DNA of 42,862 bases, from the NCBI RefSeq assembly GCF_001194135.2, contig NC_068983.1:82512203-82555064 (forward strand), read 5' to 3'. Origin of the DNA: Octopus bimaculoides (taxonomy: Eukaryota). Every line of letters begins with the position of its first letter. The first letter of the stretch is position 1. Under the pieces are notes generated by a model. The model made no database searches. It saw nothing but the letters and a program-made list of their open reading frames with translations, and was not told where the DNA came from. Shown one piece after another: positions 22,104 to 35,378 of this stretch. The position numbers and the translations under genes are program-made.

Positions 22104-22939
22104 ATGAACTCTAGTATTTCTTCTGTAAAAATGTACACGGCACAATTAGGCATTATAGTTCTATAGATACATTGCAAGAGTTAACCATTCCTCTGAAAGA
22201 CTGCCGAGCGCAACCATTTTAGTTCCGTAACATGACAATAAAGTACAATGTCACTCAAAGAAAATGGCTCCAGAGATGTCAGTGAAGGCGCATGGTTAAG
22301 TGGTTTGAGTATTCGGCTCACAGTCGTTGGGTTGTAAGTTCGATACCCACCGGTGCGTTGTGTCCCTGAGCAAGGCATTTTATTTCACGTTGTTCCAGTC
22401 CCCTCAGCTGGCAAAAATAAATCGTACTTGTAATTCAAAAGGACCAGCTTTATTGTATTCTGTGTTATGCTGAATCTCCCCGAGAAGTACGTTAAGAGTT
22501 ACACGTGTGTGTGGAGTACTCAGCCACATGCACGTTAATTTCACAAGCAGCCTGTTCTGTTGATCGGATCAACTGGGCCCTCGTCGTCATAACCGACGGA
22601 GTGTCAGTTACTTGTTACCAATAAATGGTGAAAGTCTTTGTAAAACAATTTAAATTTTTGTAACAATGAATAATTTAGATATGAATAAATAAATTGGACT
22701 TCAGACCGATGAAGTAAATACTGTTAGTGGGCAACATAATTCTGTGTTTACAAGATACTGAAACATGAACTCAAATATTTCTTTTGCAAAATGTACATGT
22801 CACAGTATGACATGATGCTGTTATAGATACATTCCAAGAGTATACCGGTGTTCTGAAGGATTGCAGAGCGCAACCATTTTAGATCGGTAACAATATGCCG
22901 ATAATGCATGTCACCCAACGAAAAATGCTCGAGCGGTGT
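22104..22939. repeat. Diverged ~175-bp direct duplication (22104-22279 and 22765-22939)
   Basis: Shared blocks atgaactc, aaaatgtaca, tatagatacatt.caagagt, gagcgcaaccattttag.tc.gtaaca and tgtcac.caa.gaaaat. Confidence 0.8.
22282..22610 (+). mobile_element. tRNA-derived SINE family C
   Basis: A box TGGTTAAGTGG (22293-22303) and B box AGTTCGATACC (22337-22347), followed by tgtgtccctgagcaaggca, which resembles the conserved central domains of CORE/Meta-type SINEs. Confidence 0.75.
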
Positions 22940-23554
22940 TCTGTTGTAGTCGTTTCTTCATTTCGAACTTAAATCTCTATTTTGGAAGTCACGTATTCAT
23001 GGAAGCACAAAAGCAATCTTGTTCAATTTTGCAAAATTTCCTTCGGCGATCATATATGTACGCGCGCGCGCACACACACAAGTCACTTTCAAATTCAAGG
23101 ATTTATGTTTCAAAAGGAGAAACGACTGCCATTCAACACTACTGTAGCATTATTCTTTGGGTGTCATTTTGCTTTCTCGTCATGTTGATACCTTTGTAAA
23201 ATGGCCGCTTTCTACATTTTTTCAGAATGTGCGCGTACGCGGTCGTGTTTCTATGTATGTATGCATGTGTGTGTGTGTGTGTGTGTGTAGGTATGTATAC
23301 TTACGCACATACATATAAGCATGCATATATGATATAATTTATATATGATGTAAGGAAGGATTACATATTTATGGCCCAGAATTTCATCCGACTGGTTCTT
23401 TAGTAAATTGTACACATCAGCGGATTATATGCAGCCTGAAGAAACGCGATTGACCAGAAAGTCTGAGGTTCAGTTTGACTATATCATGAATATTAAATTA
23501 GTATGCGTGTTAATGTGAATGTGTGTATGTGCATTTTGTTTTCACACACATATA

Positions 23555-24844
23555 CGAGGGTGGGCTGAAAAGTTCAGAGACTGACTAAGGAGGAGTTATC
23601 GTACAGTAATTAAACTTGGCTTGCATTAAATCTATCTTTTACTGATACTAACTGCATTTTTTCTTTCCAGATAAACCCACATTGGATACAGAATTGAGGA
23701 CTTGAAAAAGTAGTACTAGTGACATTTCGTGAAATTGGATTAAATTTGGCACCGTGATGTTATCAAATATCTGCAGAAAAAGGGGTTAGCCCCAAGGACA
23801 TTCATGCTGACATGATTGCTACATTAGGGGATGATGCTCCAGCTTTATCAGCTGTGCCAAAAGTGGGCAGCTGAATTCAAGAGTGGTAGGGAGAGTCTCA
23901 AAGATGACCCAAGGCCCAGATGTCCTGCCACAGCCACCGCCCAAGAAGACATCGACTGTGTTAATTACATGGTGATGGATGGTGGACGTTTAAGTGTTAA
24001 TTAGATAGCTAATACTGTGGGCATCTTCCGTGAACGAGTTGAGAACATTCTGCATAACGAACCTGGAATGTCGAAGGTTTTCGCTCGGTGAGCACCACAA
24101 CTTTTGACGCCCGATCAAAAGCACACCAAGCTGGTCATGTCGCAAGCGAACTTGACACTTTTTGAAGCAAGTCCAGCTGGTTTTCTCGAACGTTTCCTCA
24201 CCCAAGATGAATGTTAGGTTCACCACATTGAGCCGGAGACCAAACCGCAGTCCATGCAGTGGAAACAACGGTCTTCCCCTCTACCAAAGAAGGACAAGGT
24301 GGTGAAATCGACAGAAAAGGTGATGGCCTCCGTCTTCTAGGATGCGAAGGGCATTGTGTTCATTGACTACCTTCAGAAAGGCCATACTATCAATGGAGAT
24401 GACTATGCCAACTTGCTGGGGCAGCTTCGAAAGACAAGTCAAAACGTCCTAGAAAACTGACGAAGAGGGTCCTGCTTCACCAGGATAATGCTCCTGCACA
24501 CAAGTCTGCGGTTGCAATGGCTGTTGTGCACGACTGTGGCTTTGAACTGGTTGATCACCCTCCATATTCTCTTGATTTGGCACGATCTGACTATTTTCTG
24601 TTCCCCGATATGAAAAACAAATCTACTTGGTTGGGAAGCAGTCTCGGACCGATGATGTGGTCATATCTGCTGTTGAGGACTTTTTTGAAGGTCAGGATGA
24701 GAGCTTCTATACCACAGAAATCCAAGCGTTGCAATACCGATGGAAGAAGTGTATGGACCGCAGAGGAGACTATGTCGAAAAATAAAACACATTTGATCAA
24801 TTGTCGGAAAATAAAACACATTTGACCATTACAGCCCTCCCTCG
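23555..24844 (+). mobile_element. Full-length defective mariner (irritans-like), 1290 bp, TA target duplication
   Basis: TA|CGAGGGTGGGCTG..CAGCCCTCCCTCG|TA. The transposase has stops and frameshifts: FLTQDEC*VHH, VMASVF*DAKGI, HQDNAPAH, HPPYSLDLARSDYFLF. A ~28-bp tandem duplication lies at 24772-24828. Confidence 0.92.
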
Positions 24845-24849
24845 TACAT

Positions 24850-25800
24850 ACACGTGGAATGAGAATGGTTTGAACTTAGCTAACTTATTCATTGGCTATG
24901 TTGGAAATTCAGTGGGCCCATTGCTAGAGCAATACGGCCGTTACATTGACGACTATATCAGCATCATGTCTCTCTCATATGAAGAGATAAACTTTTTATG
25001 TCCTTCATCAGCTTTTTTCCTCCATCCCTTTATTTCACGCATCTATCTTCTCTAATACCCCCACCCTTAACGTCCTCAACATTATTGTTTCTGTCGACCA
25101 TGTCACCTTTATTCTCTTCACATCAGTTTTCAAGAAACATTTCACCTCTTACTTCTACTATAATTTTTACTCTTCCTAACCCCTACGATCCAGGCGCACC
25201 ATCACCTTTTCTCAGCCCCTTCGTTTCTACCATCTCTTCAGCTGCATCCAGGACTTGAGACACAGGTTCAACATATAGCCAGTTTATTAATTTGACGTTG
25301 ATACCCATCGCCCTTATCGTAGCTGCTCTTTCTGTGCCTTCCAATGTAACGCATCCCTTACACTCGCAACCAGAACCCAACCCACTGCATCTTCTTCTTC
25401 AACTTCGATCTCATCACCCACTTCGCTTTCCCACCCATTCCTTTCTTTCAGCGTTCCCACAACCTAGGAAGCCTCATTGACTACACCTCGAATCACTCTC
25501 AGGTACCCTTCCTGTTCTCGTATCCACTTCCAAACCTACCTTTTCCTTTCCAACACCACTACTTTACATCCGGTAAACTGGCCGCCGATACACATCGGTT
25601 TCGCGGAGCATCTCAGGGACAACTAATTTGATATTGAATCACCCGTCTCATGACATTTCCGTTCCTCTGACGACTCCACCCAATGCCTCTTAGTCTTCGG
25701 CTTGACTTGTGACACCAGATCCCTTGTCACTGAAAGGGAGCAGAAATTCATCTTCTCTTTTCAAACGTACACATCTTTTGGTCTAAATTCTCTTGCTCAT
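24850..25800 (+). mobile_element. Decayed Penelope-like element (RT C-terminal part and GIY-YIG endonuclease)
   Basis: ANLFIGYVG..YGRYIDDY (RT). ggtaaactggccgcc..cggtttcgcggagcatctcaggg resembles IG.TGR..RF.EHLR, and EREQKFIF..GLN is a typical PLE C-terminus. Confidence 0.75.
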
Positions 25801-26474
25801 TTCTTCTGACTTTCAAGTTCTTCCCAAAGGCTCCAGAAGTACACTCCTATTCCTCTAGCCTCCTGTCCTTCTCTGTCACAGCCCCACTTGCGTCACTGCT
25901 TGCACCTCCTCTCTTCAACACCTTACATCTTATTTTTTCTCATCCCACTCTTACACTCTTACATACATGCACACACTCAGCACATTAGCACAGCTCTCAC
26001 ATATCTCCCCGTCACCCTTCCCACACCCGTATACATACTTGCATTCATCTCAATTTTATCATCATATGTCTTTGACGTACGCATACACTTACTCTTGATA
26101 TACGAAAGCACACATATACCTCTGTTCACTCACCATCCAAGCGCTTTGGCATACACATTGGCACTCTCACACATATACCGTCCACTCTTTTCTTATATAC
26201 GTATATACACGCACATATACACACACTTCGGTACGCAGATGCACACACTTCCATTCAAACACGTACTCATACACACATTTCCAATACTTCAGAGCCCCTG
26301 TTTTGGTTGACCGTTTTAAATAATGTCTTCTTTTCCCCTGCCCCCCGTCACCTCTGCTTGACCACTACTCACTCATTAGCTCAGTGACACCCGTCGTCTA
26401 TATCTATGTGTGCATATATAACCTATTATCTACGTGTATGCGTTTGTGTGTGCGTGTGTGTGTGTATGTATGTA

Positions 26475-26506
<32 letters not shown>

Positions 26507-27863
26507 AGTGTGTGTGTGAGTGCGTGCAACTCTATAAGCGTGCTTGGTTACATTTGTGCTTGTATATTTGAATGCCGTTCGAGCAGTGGTGTTGTAGGAT
26601 CTTCAGTCAATAATTAGCCCGCTTGTTTCGTGCCTTCGAAGCGATAGTGAATAAAATTTCCCTTACTTGAAAAACAAGGGTTAGCTTTAGGAAAGGCATC
26701 CAGCTGTAAAACAATACCTCTGCACCATATCTGTCTAACGTATATTTACATGGCAAAATGGACGTAAAATTGACCGAAATGGATACATACATACACTTAT
26801 TTATATACAGTACTTAGTAGCTTTTCAGCGTTAATATAAGTTATTAGAACCGCCTATAGTTTGTTTTTCTTCCTGTCACACACTGATGTCTGTCTATTCC
26901 AATGACCACAAATTATCAATATCAATAAGAACTATGATTCACTAATAAAGCTATTGGAGACTGGAATCTGCGTCAATGCTTCAGGTTCTCAGTTGGAATT
27001 ATTTCATTTAGCAAACAACGGGCCTCGAAAATGGCAAGTCCATCATGGATACAAAAATTCTAAGTTTTCATTCATATGGAAGAAATCAATATTTTTCAAT
27101 ATGCAAAATGCAGTCTCCTTTCTAATTTTTTCCTTTTTACTTTTTGTTTTTGCCGAAGAGGGATTTGTTGAAAACCTTAAAGAAAAGAAAACGGAAAGCA
27201 AAAAAAAAAAAAAAAAAAAAAAAGAAAAACTCCAGAAGAGGTAAAGAAAATCCAACAACCTAATCACATTAAAACTTTGAAAAATAAAGAAAAATAACAA
27301 ATACACATATAAGCACAAACAACTGCCAAAATATACAACTTTGCGAAAAGCAAAATAATAATAATAATAATGATAATAATAATCATAACAACTATAATAA
27401 TAACAATAATAACAACAACAACAATAAAATGAAGGCAACAAAAAAGAACAAATAATAATAATGGTGATAACGTTAATAATAAGAAGAATTTCTTTAAAGC
27501 AAATAACAGATTAAAAAAACAGTTTCCATTCCATCGCTGTTGTCATTTAGTAAAAGATAAGGTGCGCTTCGCCCCATATACCCGCCACCGCCTACATACC
27601 CTCATGTCATGGCAAATTTAATAAAAGCAGGATAAAGCTTCAAGACAGCGGGTGTGTCATGGAACCTGTTATTAATATTTCAAGGGTTACCTCAGATATT
27701 TATATTCTAGCTGATTTTAGTTCAATATTTGACACAAACTGCACATCTCCCTATTAACAGGGCCAGCGGATGGGGGGCAGAGAGGGGAGAAGTTGCGAAA
27801 TGAAACATTTCCAATGCAATTTTTATTTGTGTTTTTCAAATACTGAAGACGGTTGTTTCTGTA

Positions 27864-27930
<67 letters not shown>

Positions 27931-28278
27931 NNNNNNNNNNACACACACATACATACATATATACATACATACATACATACACATACATACATACATACAT
28001 ACATGCATACATATAGATATATACATACATATATGTATACTTATCTGGTCAAATGTTTCATTTACCCGATTCAAACTCCGAGTAACAAATCACCAACTTT
28101 TAATACATGTGTGTTTATATATAGATGCCTGTATATATACATATATGTGTGTGCGCGTGAGTGTACGCATATTTATATACAGAAATAACGTCATGTGTAT
28201 ATTTGTCTATATGCATGTGTAATACGCACACAGTCTCACTCACATGCATACACACACACTCACACACACGTATACATA

Positions 28279-28320
<42 letters not shown>

Positions 28321-28427
28321 NNNNNNNNNNTTTATACGTATATATCTATATACATACATACATACATACATACACACACATACATGCATACATACAAGCA
28401 TACACACACTCATACACACATACATTC

Positions 28428-28477
<50 letters not shown>

Positions 28478-28670
28478 NNNNNNNNNNTACATACATATAC
28501 ATTCATACACACATACATACGCACATACACACATATATGCATACATAGATGCATACATACATACATACATGCATACACACATACATACATGCAAACATCC
28601 ATACATCCATCCATCCATACATACATACATACATACATACAAACATACATACATACTTACATATACACTC
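27864..28670. repeat. Long (CA)n/(CATA)n/(TA)n microsatellite field with three 10-N gaps
   Basis: Direct inspection. Confidence 0.95.
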
Positions 28671-29203
28671 TGAAATTCCTTAAATTCTTTACCAAATTTG
28701 TCCAACAGCTATAAATATATACACATAGAGTTAGATACTGATACACATATGTTCAACTTTTGCCTCTGTATTGCTGATGTGCACTGGCTATGATAATGCA
28801 CATACGCATGTTTGTGTGTATGTACATATGCATGTTAAGTCATACGTAAAGTGATTGATTGTCTAAAAAACTTTACTTAGACTTAAACATGAATATCAAA
28901 ATATATAAAATGTAAAGGATTCATGTGTATATGTGCGTGTGTGTACATGTGTGTGTGAGTGTGTGTGTGTGTGTGTATGTGTGTGTGTTTGAATAGGTGC
29001 AAAATATTTGACAAAGTTGTGGTAAAAACAAATCATGGTTTTAGATATATATGCGTGTGTATGTGCATGCATATGTTTTCCATCTTTGAATGCATATTAA
29101 TATTTTAGATGTTATACTTGCATTGTTAGATAGGTATATACACACGTGTGTGCGTGCGTGTGTGCGTGTGTACATGCATAGATACACATTCACACACGCG
29201 CCC

Positions 29204-29247
<44 letters not shown>

Positions 29248-30027
29248 GCACGCACACATACATTGCAGTATCAAGCACCTTAAGTTGTTAACTCAATACT
29301 TTATAAACAACAAATTTGTAAATGCATATCGACTTAGTATATTTAGAATTAAAAGTTCCTACACTTTCCCAACAAATTAACATTACAAAGTGTATTTGAA
29401 CACACGAACTTTATATTTTTTCTCTTTAACCCTTCTTTTCGATCTCAGATTGTTTTTCACTACCTCCTAAATTCTCTCTCAACTATTAAAATAGATTTGT
29501 TTTGTTCTTAGGGAGAAATGACCTGACTTAAATGAATCCGATTGCTATGCTGTCATTGTTGTATCATTTGATGTTCTTTAGACCAGCTAGATCAAACTTA
29601 TGATTGAACACAATCTCATACATTTTTTCAAGTATCGAACATTCACGGCAACAATATCTAAATAGTCCCACTAATTTTAGACAATAGTGTGTAATTGATG
29701 GATATTTGGTGGCAACATTTAACATATCGGTCGACCACATTAAATTTCACCGTTGGTGGTTATAATGCAGGTATAGTTCATATTCCTAATTAGCCCTAAT
29801 CAGTGAACTCTTCTTTGCTGGCCATATTGAAGCTGAAGCAACCAATGTAAGAATTCAATTTTATGTAGCAAATAAAACCTGAATGAGTTAAACTTTAATG
29901 AAGATCGTTTCAATCGTGCACATACCTCTCGTTTTAAGTTTATTTTCAGACATGACTCATTGAGTACTGTTGTATTCAAGGTATTGATTCGTTTTTAAAA
30001 CGATTAGGTTTGATTTGGCCCTTGCAA

Positions 30028-30243
30028 GGCGGTGAGCTGGCAGAATCGTTAGCGCATTGGACGAAATACTTAGCAGTATTTCGCCCGTCGCTACGTTCTG
30101 AGTTCAAACTCCGCCGAGGTCGACTTTGCCTTTCATCCTTTCGGGGTCGATTAATTAAGTACCAGTAAAACACCGGGGCTGATGTAATCGACTAGTCTCC
30201 TCCCCAACAATTTCAGACCTTGTGTCTATAGTAGAAAGGATTA
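30028..30243 (+). mobile_element. Near full-length SINE family A
   Basis: GGCGGTGAGCTGGCAGAATCGTTAGC..GAGTTCAAACTCC..tatagtagaaaggattatt. Confidence 0.92.
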
Positions 30244-30329
30244 TTTAGCCCTTGCTAACACCATTAAAGAAGCCCACTCGTATCAAACGACTCCTTTAGC
30301 GGAATCCACTGTGCTGCAAGTGTTCAAAC

Positions 30330-30389
30330 CTGGTTTCAGTTTGAGAATAAATTCATCCCTTTCTTCGCTTCCAACCAAGCTGAGATACT
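30330..30389 (-). CDS. Candidate 60-nt internal coding exon of an unidentified gene
   Basis: Acceptor ttttcattactttctgcag and donor CAG|GTTTGA. The only open frame is phase 1-1: xYLSLVGSEERDEFILKLKPx. No homology evidence. Confidence 0.3.
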
Positions 30390-31201
30390 CTGCAGAAAGT
30401 AATGAAAACTGCCCTTCATCTGATTAAGCTATGTAAAATACAAGGTCAAATGACAGTGTAGAGTGAAAGTTTGCTTAGCACTAAATTTGCAACATATCAA
30501 ATTAATGCTTAAGATCAATGCAATAATTTAATATCAGTTGGATATATAAGAATTTGTAAAATTTGCGTTCCGAAAGATTTTCTGCATATATACATTCTTT
30601 GCCACAGGCATTTCAGTAATAGCAATTCGCCTCTGTTATAATATGTTTGGCGTAAAATCTCATTCGTTGGCCCGACGAGCTATAATATCTTGAGACGTAA
30701 GAAGCAATGTTAATGCTAAATTTTGGCATTCGTAAATATAACGCACATGTCGAACTCTCAAAGACTGCAGTCTTTGGAGGCCAAAACAGCATGTATTATA
30801 ATTTAGAATTCTGCGGGAGGTCGCATTTTGTCTAAAAAGCTGTGGTTACATCTGCATGCGTGTGTGTTTGTATGTACAAAATGTGGGTTTTACACACAGA
30901 AGTGCTGTATGCATGTGCATAACAAATACGTAGATAGCGATATGATGATATAAATAGATATGTGAATTACATATTACATTGACAGACATAAAAGTATTTT
31001 ATGCATTTATATATGTATACAACCAGGCACACACAGGAGCGTACGAGCACATGTATTCGCACACACGCACGGCATTTTCTTTTCCTGTCCTCAATATTAC
31101 TGCTTTGTTTATATATGGGAAACATTTAGATTTTTCACAACGCTTACAAAAGCTTTATTTGGTGAAACTTCAGGCTAGCTATTACCTAATCCTTTTCTTT
31201 T

Positions 31202-31268
31202 CATAAGTCCTTAGGTGCAACCCTGCGTAAATCATGAGTTTACGTAGGATTGCACCTAAGGACTTATG
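31202..31268. repeat. Near-perfect inverted repeat: 30-bp arms, 7-nt loop
   Basis: 31202-31231 versus the reverse complement of 31239-31268 match at 28 of 30 positions. Confidence 0.95.
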
Positions 31269-31575
31269 GACTTATTTCTACAAGATCGGCAAGTTGAACT
31301 GTGAACTTATATGCTTCTTTTTTCTTCTCTTTCTTCATCTCTTTATTCCTTTATTCCTGTCCTCTATGTCGTTATTTCATTAATCTACACCCTTCCCATT
31401 TTCCCTATTTGTCTCCGATGACAGAATATCCCACACTCTGGGATATCCCAGAAACAGCCGTAAGTCATATATCTGCTATATCGGAAATCTGCAATGACTC
31501 CATAACTACCTTAGAACTATAGTAATCCTAGTCGCTTAGATCACTTGTGAACTAAACTCCCGTATTTTGTGTATA

Positions 31576-31629
<54 letters not shown>

Positions 31630-31993
31630 TATATATATATATATATAATTTTATTATTCCAAGCCCTAAAAAGGTTAAGGCTAATGAAGTCGGGAGAAGT
31701 CAGTATATATGTATGCACATATATATGAAAGTGTGCGGGTGAATGTGTGCGTTAATTTGGTAGTGTGCATTTATACATCTATCTATCTCTCTATCCATAT
31801 ACACACACACAGATATACATATAGATGTATATATATATGTGTGTGTTGAAGTTAATCTCCACAGATGCTCTATAGAATTCAGAGCCAGTATCGAAAGTTA
31901 AAACGTTTCGTATACGAATATGTTTATATAAACAGTGCGATCGAAAATCGAAAAAATACGGAATGAGTGCGTATCCATATTTGAAGAGTTATT

Positions 31994-32061
<68 letters not shown>

Positions 32062-32497
32062 GCACACACACACACACACACACTCTCTCTCTCTCTCTCA
32101 CACACACTCTCTCTCTCTCACACACNNNNNNNNNNNNNNNNNNNNNNNNNNNNNNNNNNNNNNNNNNNNNNNNNNNNNNNNNNNNNNNNNNNNNNNNNNN
32201 NNNNNNNNNNNNNNNNNNNNNNNNNNNNNNNNNNNNNNNNNNNNNNNNNNNNNNNNNNNNNNNNNNNNNNNNNNNNNNNNNNNNNNNNNNNNNNNNNNNN
32301 NNNNNNNNNNNNNNNNNNNNNNNNNNNNNNNNNNNNNNNNNNNNNNNNNNNNNNNNNNNNNNNNNNNNNNNNNNNNNNNNNNNNNNNNNNNNNNNNNNNN
32401 NNNNNNNNNNNNNNNNNNNNNNNNNNNNNNNNNNNNNNNNNNNNNNNNNNNNNNNNNNNNNNNNNNNNNNNNNNNNNNNNNNNNNNNNNNNNNNNNN

Positions 32498-32536
<39 letters not shown>

Positions 32537-32750
32537 ACGTTTATGTATTTGCTTTGCAAGATTCTTGATGTGAAATCGTGTGTTGAAACAAATCTTGTTA
32601 TACTTAGGGATGATCATATTTTGTGAATTAAACACATGCTCTATATATTTAGTCTTCACTTCAGCTTCACTATTATCATTTTAATAACCTAATAATAATA
32701 ATAATAGTAATAATAATAATGATGATAATGATGATGATAATAATAATAAT

Positions 32751-34628
32751 TCTTACAAGCCAAGTGGAAGAGTCTCCTTCTACACCATAGTAATGGAATG
32801 AGCCCATCTAACAACATCAGCATCAACATCAAATGAGACATCTTTCAAGGTGACTCCCTCTACCCATTACTCTTCTGGATGGCTTTGATCCCACTCTTAA
32901 ACGAACTGAGTAATACCAGGTATGGGTTCAAAGTGTACAATATTATAGCAAACCATCTGTTTTATATGGACGATCTGAAGCTGTTTGCTAGAAATGACGA
33001 AGAGGTAACAGGGCTGTTGACAGATGTTAAAGAGCTCAGCAATGAGACCGGGATGGATTTTGACCTTAATAAGTTTGCTAAAGCAACTTTTCTAAGAGGC
33101 AAGCTCAAGCTAACAGTTTCCATTAAATTAGATACCGACACTACCATCAAGGAGCTTGACCCACAAGAAAGATATAAATACCTGAGAATAAACGAAGGGG
33201 ATGATATACAACATGCTACTATGATGGAAAAAATAAGAAAGGAGTATTACAGGAGAGTAAGACTCATACTAAAAACTGAACTCAACTCTAAAAATCGCAT
33301 CGAAGCCATTAACACCCTGGCATTTCCTGTATTCCAATACAGTTTTAACATCATTAACTGGAATCTTAGAGCTCCAACGCTTGGACATAAAGACAAGAAA
33401 GCTACTAACATACAAGAACATGCACCACCCAAAAGCAGGCTTTGATCATCAGTACCTACCTAGAAGTAATGGGGGAAGAGGAATGATGCAGGTAGAACTG
33501 TGCTCTAAGACCGCCACAATAACAGTGCACAAGTACTTATCTACTACAGAAAACTGAATGATGCGGCTTGTGAGCGAACATGAAAGCAGCAAAAAATCAC
33601 ATTCTATTAACAAGGAAGCTTGAAATTTCATAAAGGAACTCGGTATTAATCCTGAATTAGGTGAAGAACCTGAAACCACTGCCACCAAACAAGTAAAACA
33701 GATCGAACAGACGGTAAAAAGAACAGGCAGAAGCAAATTGAGGAGCGGTGCATGAACAGTATATTTTTTGAAGCCGAAACGCTAATGTAGATCAAGCAAC
33801 AACCCATCAGTGGCTGAGAAGCTCAGGACTGGCAGCAGAGGAGACTAAAAGTTTCATATTAGCAACACAAGATCGAAACTTGCTTTCAAAATACTACCAA
33901 GATGACGTTCTTAAAAATGGTTCTGAACCTAAATGCAGATTTTGCGATGCATTTGATGAAACAATAGACCATCTTGTCTCGGGATGTCCTGTTCTGACAC
34001 CAAATGAATACAAAAATTACCATGATAGGGTAGGATTTACATTGGAAAATATGTAAACACTACAAAATCAGCACTCCTGCATACTAATATGAACAACATC
34101 CTGAGCCAGTCGTTGAAGGTAAAAATATCACTATCCTCTGGGAATTTCCAGTCAACACCGACAGAACGATCCAGGCTAATCGTCCAGATATAATGATTAA
34201 AGACAGGGAAGAAAATACTTGTAGACTAATAGATGCAAGTGTTCCCACTGATAAAAATATATCTGTAAATATAAGGACCTGGAAATTGGAATACATAAGA
34301 TTTGGCATCTTAAAGCGAGAACTGTTCCTGTTATTGCGGGTGCCCTAAGTATGATAAGAAAAGAATGTTAGAAACATCTAGATAATATCCCTGAAGAACC
34401 ATGTCTCAGAGAAATCCAAAAGATTGTGCTGGGAAGTACTGCCCCCATCCTTAGAAAAACGCAATCAATTTAAATGACTCTGTTGTATTACATCAAGATA
34501 TTTCGTTACTGCCCCTGCCACTTCCCATCCCCAAGCTTTCAGTCATACTCTAACATCCCTTATCCTTCACTCGCCCTAGGACGCTGGGTGTGTCTCGTCA
34601 AGTTATTGTAACAAACATGCAGATTGAA
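32751..34628 (+). mobile_element. 5'-truncated R4/Dong-like retrotransposon (RT, CCHC, RLE, 3' UTR) downstream of (AAT/GAT)n
   Basis: IFQGDSLYPLLF, HLFYMDDLKLF, YKYL, CRFCDAFDETIDHLVSGC (CCHC), NRPDIMIKD..LID and KIVLGSTAPILRKTQSI*. Several stops and frameshifts. Confidence 0.92.
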
Positions 34629-35188
34629 AGTACCAGGCACTAGCTCTCGTGGCTTTTAATCTTAACTGATTGAAAGTGTTATCATGTATATTGTTTTGTC
34701 TTGATATAAAAGATGGGCTACAGCATATATCCTCCTCAATACCACAGAGTTGCTTGTCAGTTGTTTGACCTTAACCAGTTGAGCATGTCCCTTGGTGGCT
34801 GACAATATATGCATCTCTGATCACGAGCAGAAGTAGTGGGGGGAGCATCATAGCCGTATGTTGAGAGAAATTCTTTGGAGTTTGGATAATTCACCTCTGG
34901 AAATATGGATGTTTCGTTCAACACCCTTATTCAACACCCTTATTCAGGGACCCTTATTCAAGAATCATTCAGCGGGATGGGCTATTCGACCTGAAGAAAC
35001 TTCTAACTGGGTCTCACCTACAAGGTCATGTGCTGTTTATCTTGATATGAGATCACCATGTCACGCACATATGGTTGTGATGCATGTGCCTGATGTATCC
35101 TTATTAGACGGGTAGTCATGATGGGTATTTTGGGATTCGTATTTTTTACCCCAGTGTCACTTTGATGGCATGCACTGCTCTCTTACTC
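34629..35188 (+). mobile_element. Non-coding interspersed repeat 'Rep-C' with (AAT/GAT)n tail
   Basis: Colinear with the other two copies; local tandem duplication caacacccttatt at about 34920-34960. Confidence 0.85.
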
Positions 35189-35216
35189 AATAATAATAGT
35201 AATAATAATAATAATA

Positions 35217-35251
<35 letters not shown>

Positions 35252-35378
35252 AATAAAGCTGAAGTGAAGACCAAATATATAGCGCCTATGTTTAATTAGC
35301 AAAATATGACCAGCCCCAAGTATAACAATATATATGNNNNNNNNNNNNNNNNNNNNNNNNNNNNNNNNNTATATATAT

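Noticed and set aside
23434-23475. CTGAAGA..GAAA hammerhead-like spacing
   Set aside because: No stem II pairing, no suitable stem III or NUH site, and no similarity to the 20-21 kb repeats.
26620-26720. Possible further SINE or RTE-related fragment (ggaaaggcatccagctgtaaaac)
   Set aside because: Too short and degraded to delimit or assign.
29950-29980. Plus-strand 31-nt exon candidate with good splice sites
   Set aside because: No supporting partner exons or homology; it overlaps a minus-strand candidate and illustrates the pseudo-exon background.
30759-30776. Perfect 18-bp palindrome CAAAGACTGCAGTCTTTG
   Set aside because: A 9-bp arm is plausible by chance in 43 kb.
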